Positions 19,709 through 20,000 of a DNA stretch of 20,000 nucleotides are shown one piece after another (position 1 is the stretch's first letter; each line of letters begins with the position of its first letter). Position numbers and translations under genes: made by a program. Source of the stretch: an uncultured virus (IMG/VR IMGVR_UViG_3300015608_000687) (taxonomy: Duplodnaviria > Heunggongvirae > Uroviricota > Caudoviricetes > Crassvirales); IMG/VR virus record IMGVR_UViG_3300015608_000687. One strand, 5' to 3'. The notes under the pieces were generated by a model, which saw only the letters and a program-made list of their open reading frames with translations, did not search any database and had not been told where the DNA came from.

Positions 19709-20000
19709 TTTCTAATAAATGTCTATATTGAATAAACCCTCTAAAGTTATTACACCAGCCTAAAACTTTAGTATCAAACTGTGATGAAATTTCATAAGTA
19801 TTATCTGTAACCAAATCTGTATTCCAATTTTGGTTAGATTTACCTTTAAAATAAGAAACGTATTCCTCATTAGTCATAGCCCTAGCGCAGTGTTCAAAAG
19901 GACTCCAATGACCAGCACTAACTAATCTGTCGTGTAATTTAATATCGTTTTCATAATTGTGAGATTTATTTTCTTCACCTACTACTGTATATGATACTCT
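19698..20000 (-). CDS. thyX: Flavin-dependent thymidylate synthase (ThyX/Thy1-like), C-terminal 100 aa; runs off the window edge
   Basis: Not in the ORF track. Manual translation from 20000: RVSYTVVGEENKSHNYENDIKLHDRLVSAGHWSPFEHCARAM...GWCNNFRGFIQYRHLLENEK*. RVSY, GHxSPFEH and NFxGxxQYR are characteristic of phage ThyX-like proteins. Stop TAA at 19698-19700 overlaps the MazG-like start (11-nt overlap). Confidence 0.75.
   Translation of the reverse strand, partial: RVSYTVVGEENKSHNYENDIKLHDRLVSAGHWSPFEHCARAMTNEEYVSYFKGKSNQNWNTDLVTDNTYEISSQFDTKVLGWCNNFRGFIQYRHLLENEK

Noticed and set aside
19509..19715. 68-aa + strand ORF
   Set aside because: Antisense shadow of the MazG-like gene.
1..20000. 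Stop-codon reassignment, known in some crAss-like phages
   Set aside because: The giant ORFs read through in the standard code and all accepted genes end in TAA, so there is no positive evidence either way.

Overview
AT-rich phage DNA, most consistent with a crAss-like phage (Crassvirales-type, Bacteroidota-infecting). About 19.4 kb of the + strand holds two giant, probably virion-packaged (ejected) proteins. Gene 1 (starts upstream of the window, ends at 10074) is a two-barrel virion RNA polymerase with a DFDVDK catalytic motif, preceded by a zincin HExxH domain and followed by a NADAR-like domain. Gene 2 (10074-19365, probably one ~3,100-aa ORF split only by a 115-N gap) is a polyvalent protein with three more HExxH domains, two ADP-ribosyltransferase-like domains, a possible GNAT-like domain and a helical C-terminal region with hydrophobic segments. 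A convergent hairpin terminator separates these from minus-strand MazG-like and partial ThyX-like genes. Four observations stand out. (1) Short conserved direct repeats bracket unrelated inserted domains inside both giant ORFs, like an in-frame cassette system. (2) By eye, the only two cysteines in ~6,400 codons are the penultimate residue of protein 1 and residue 4 of protein 2. (3) A KYxxIDFKIV peptide repeat brackets the zincin domain upstream of the RNAP. (4) GATC is almost absent. All domain calls come from motif recognition, not database searches.
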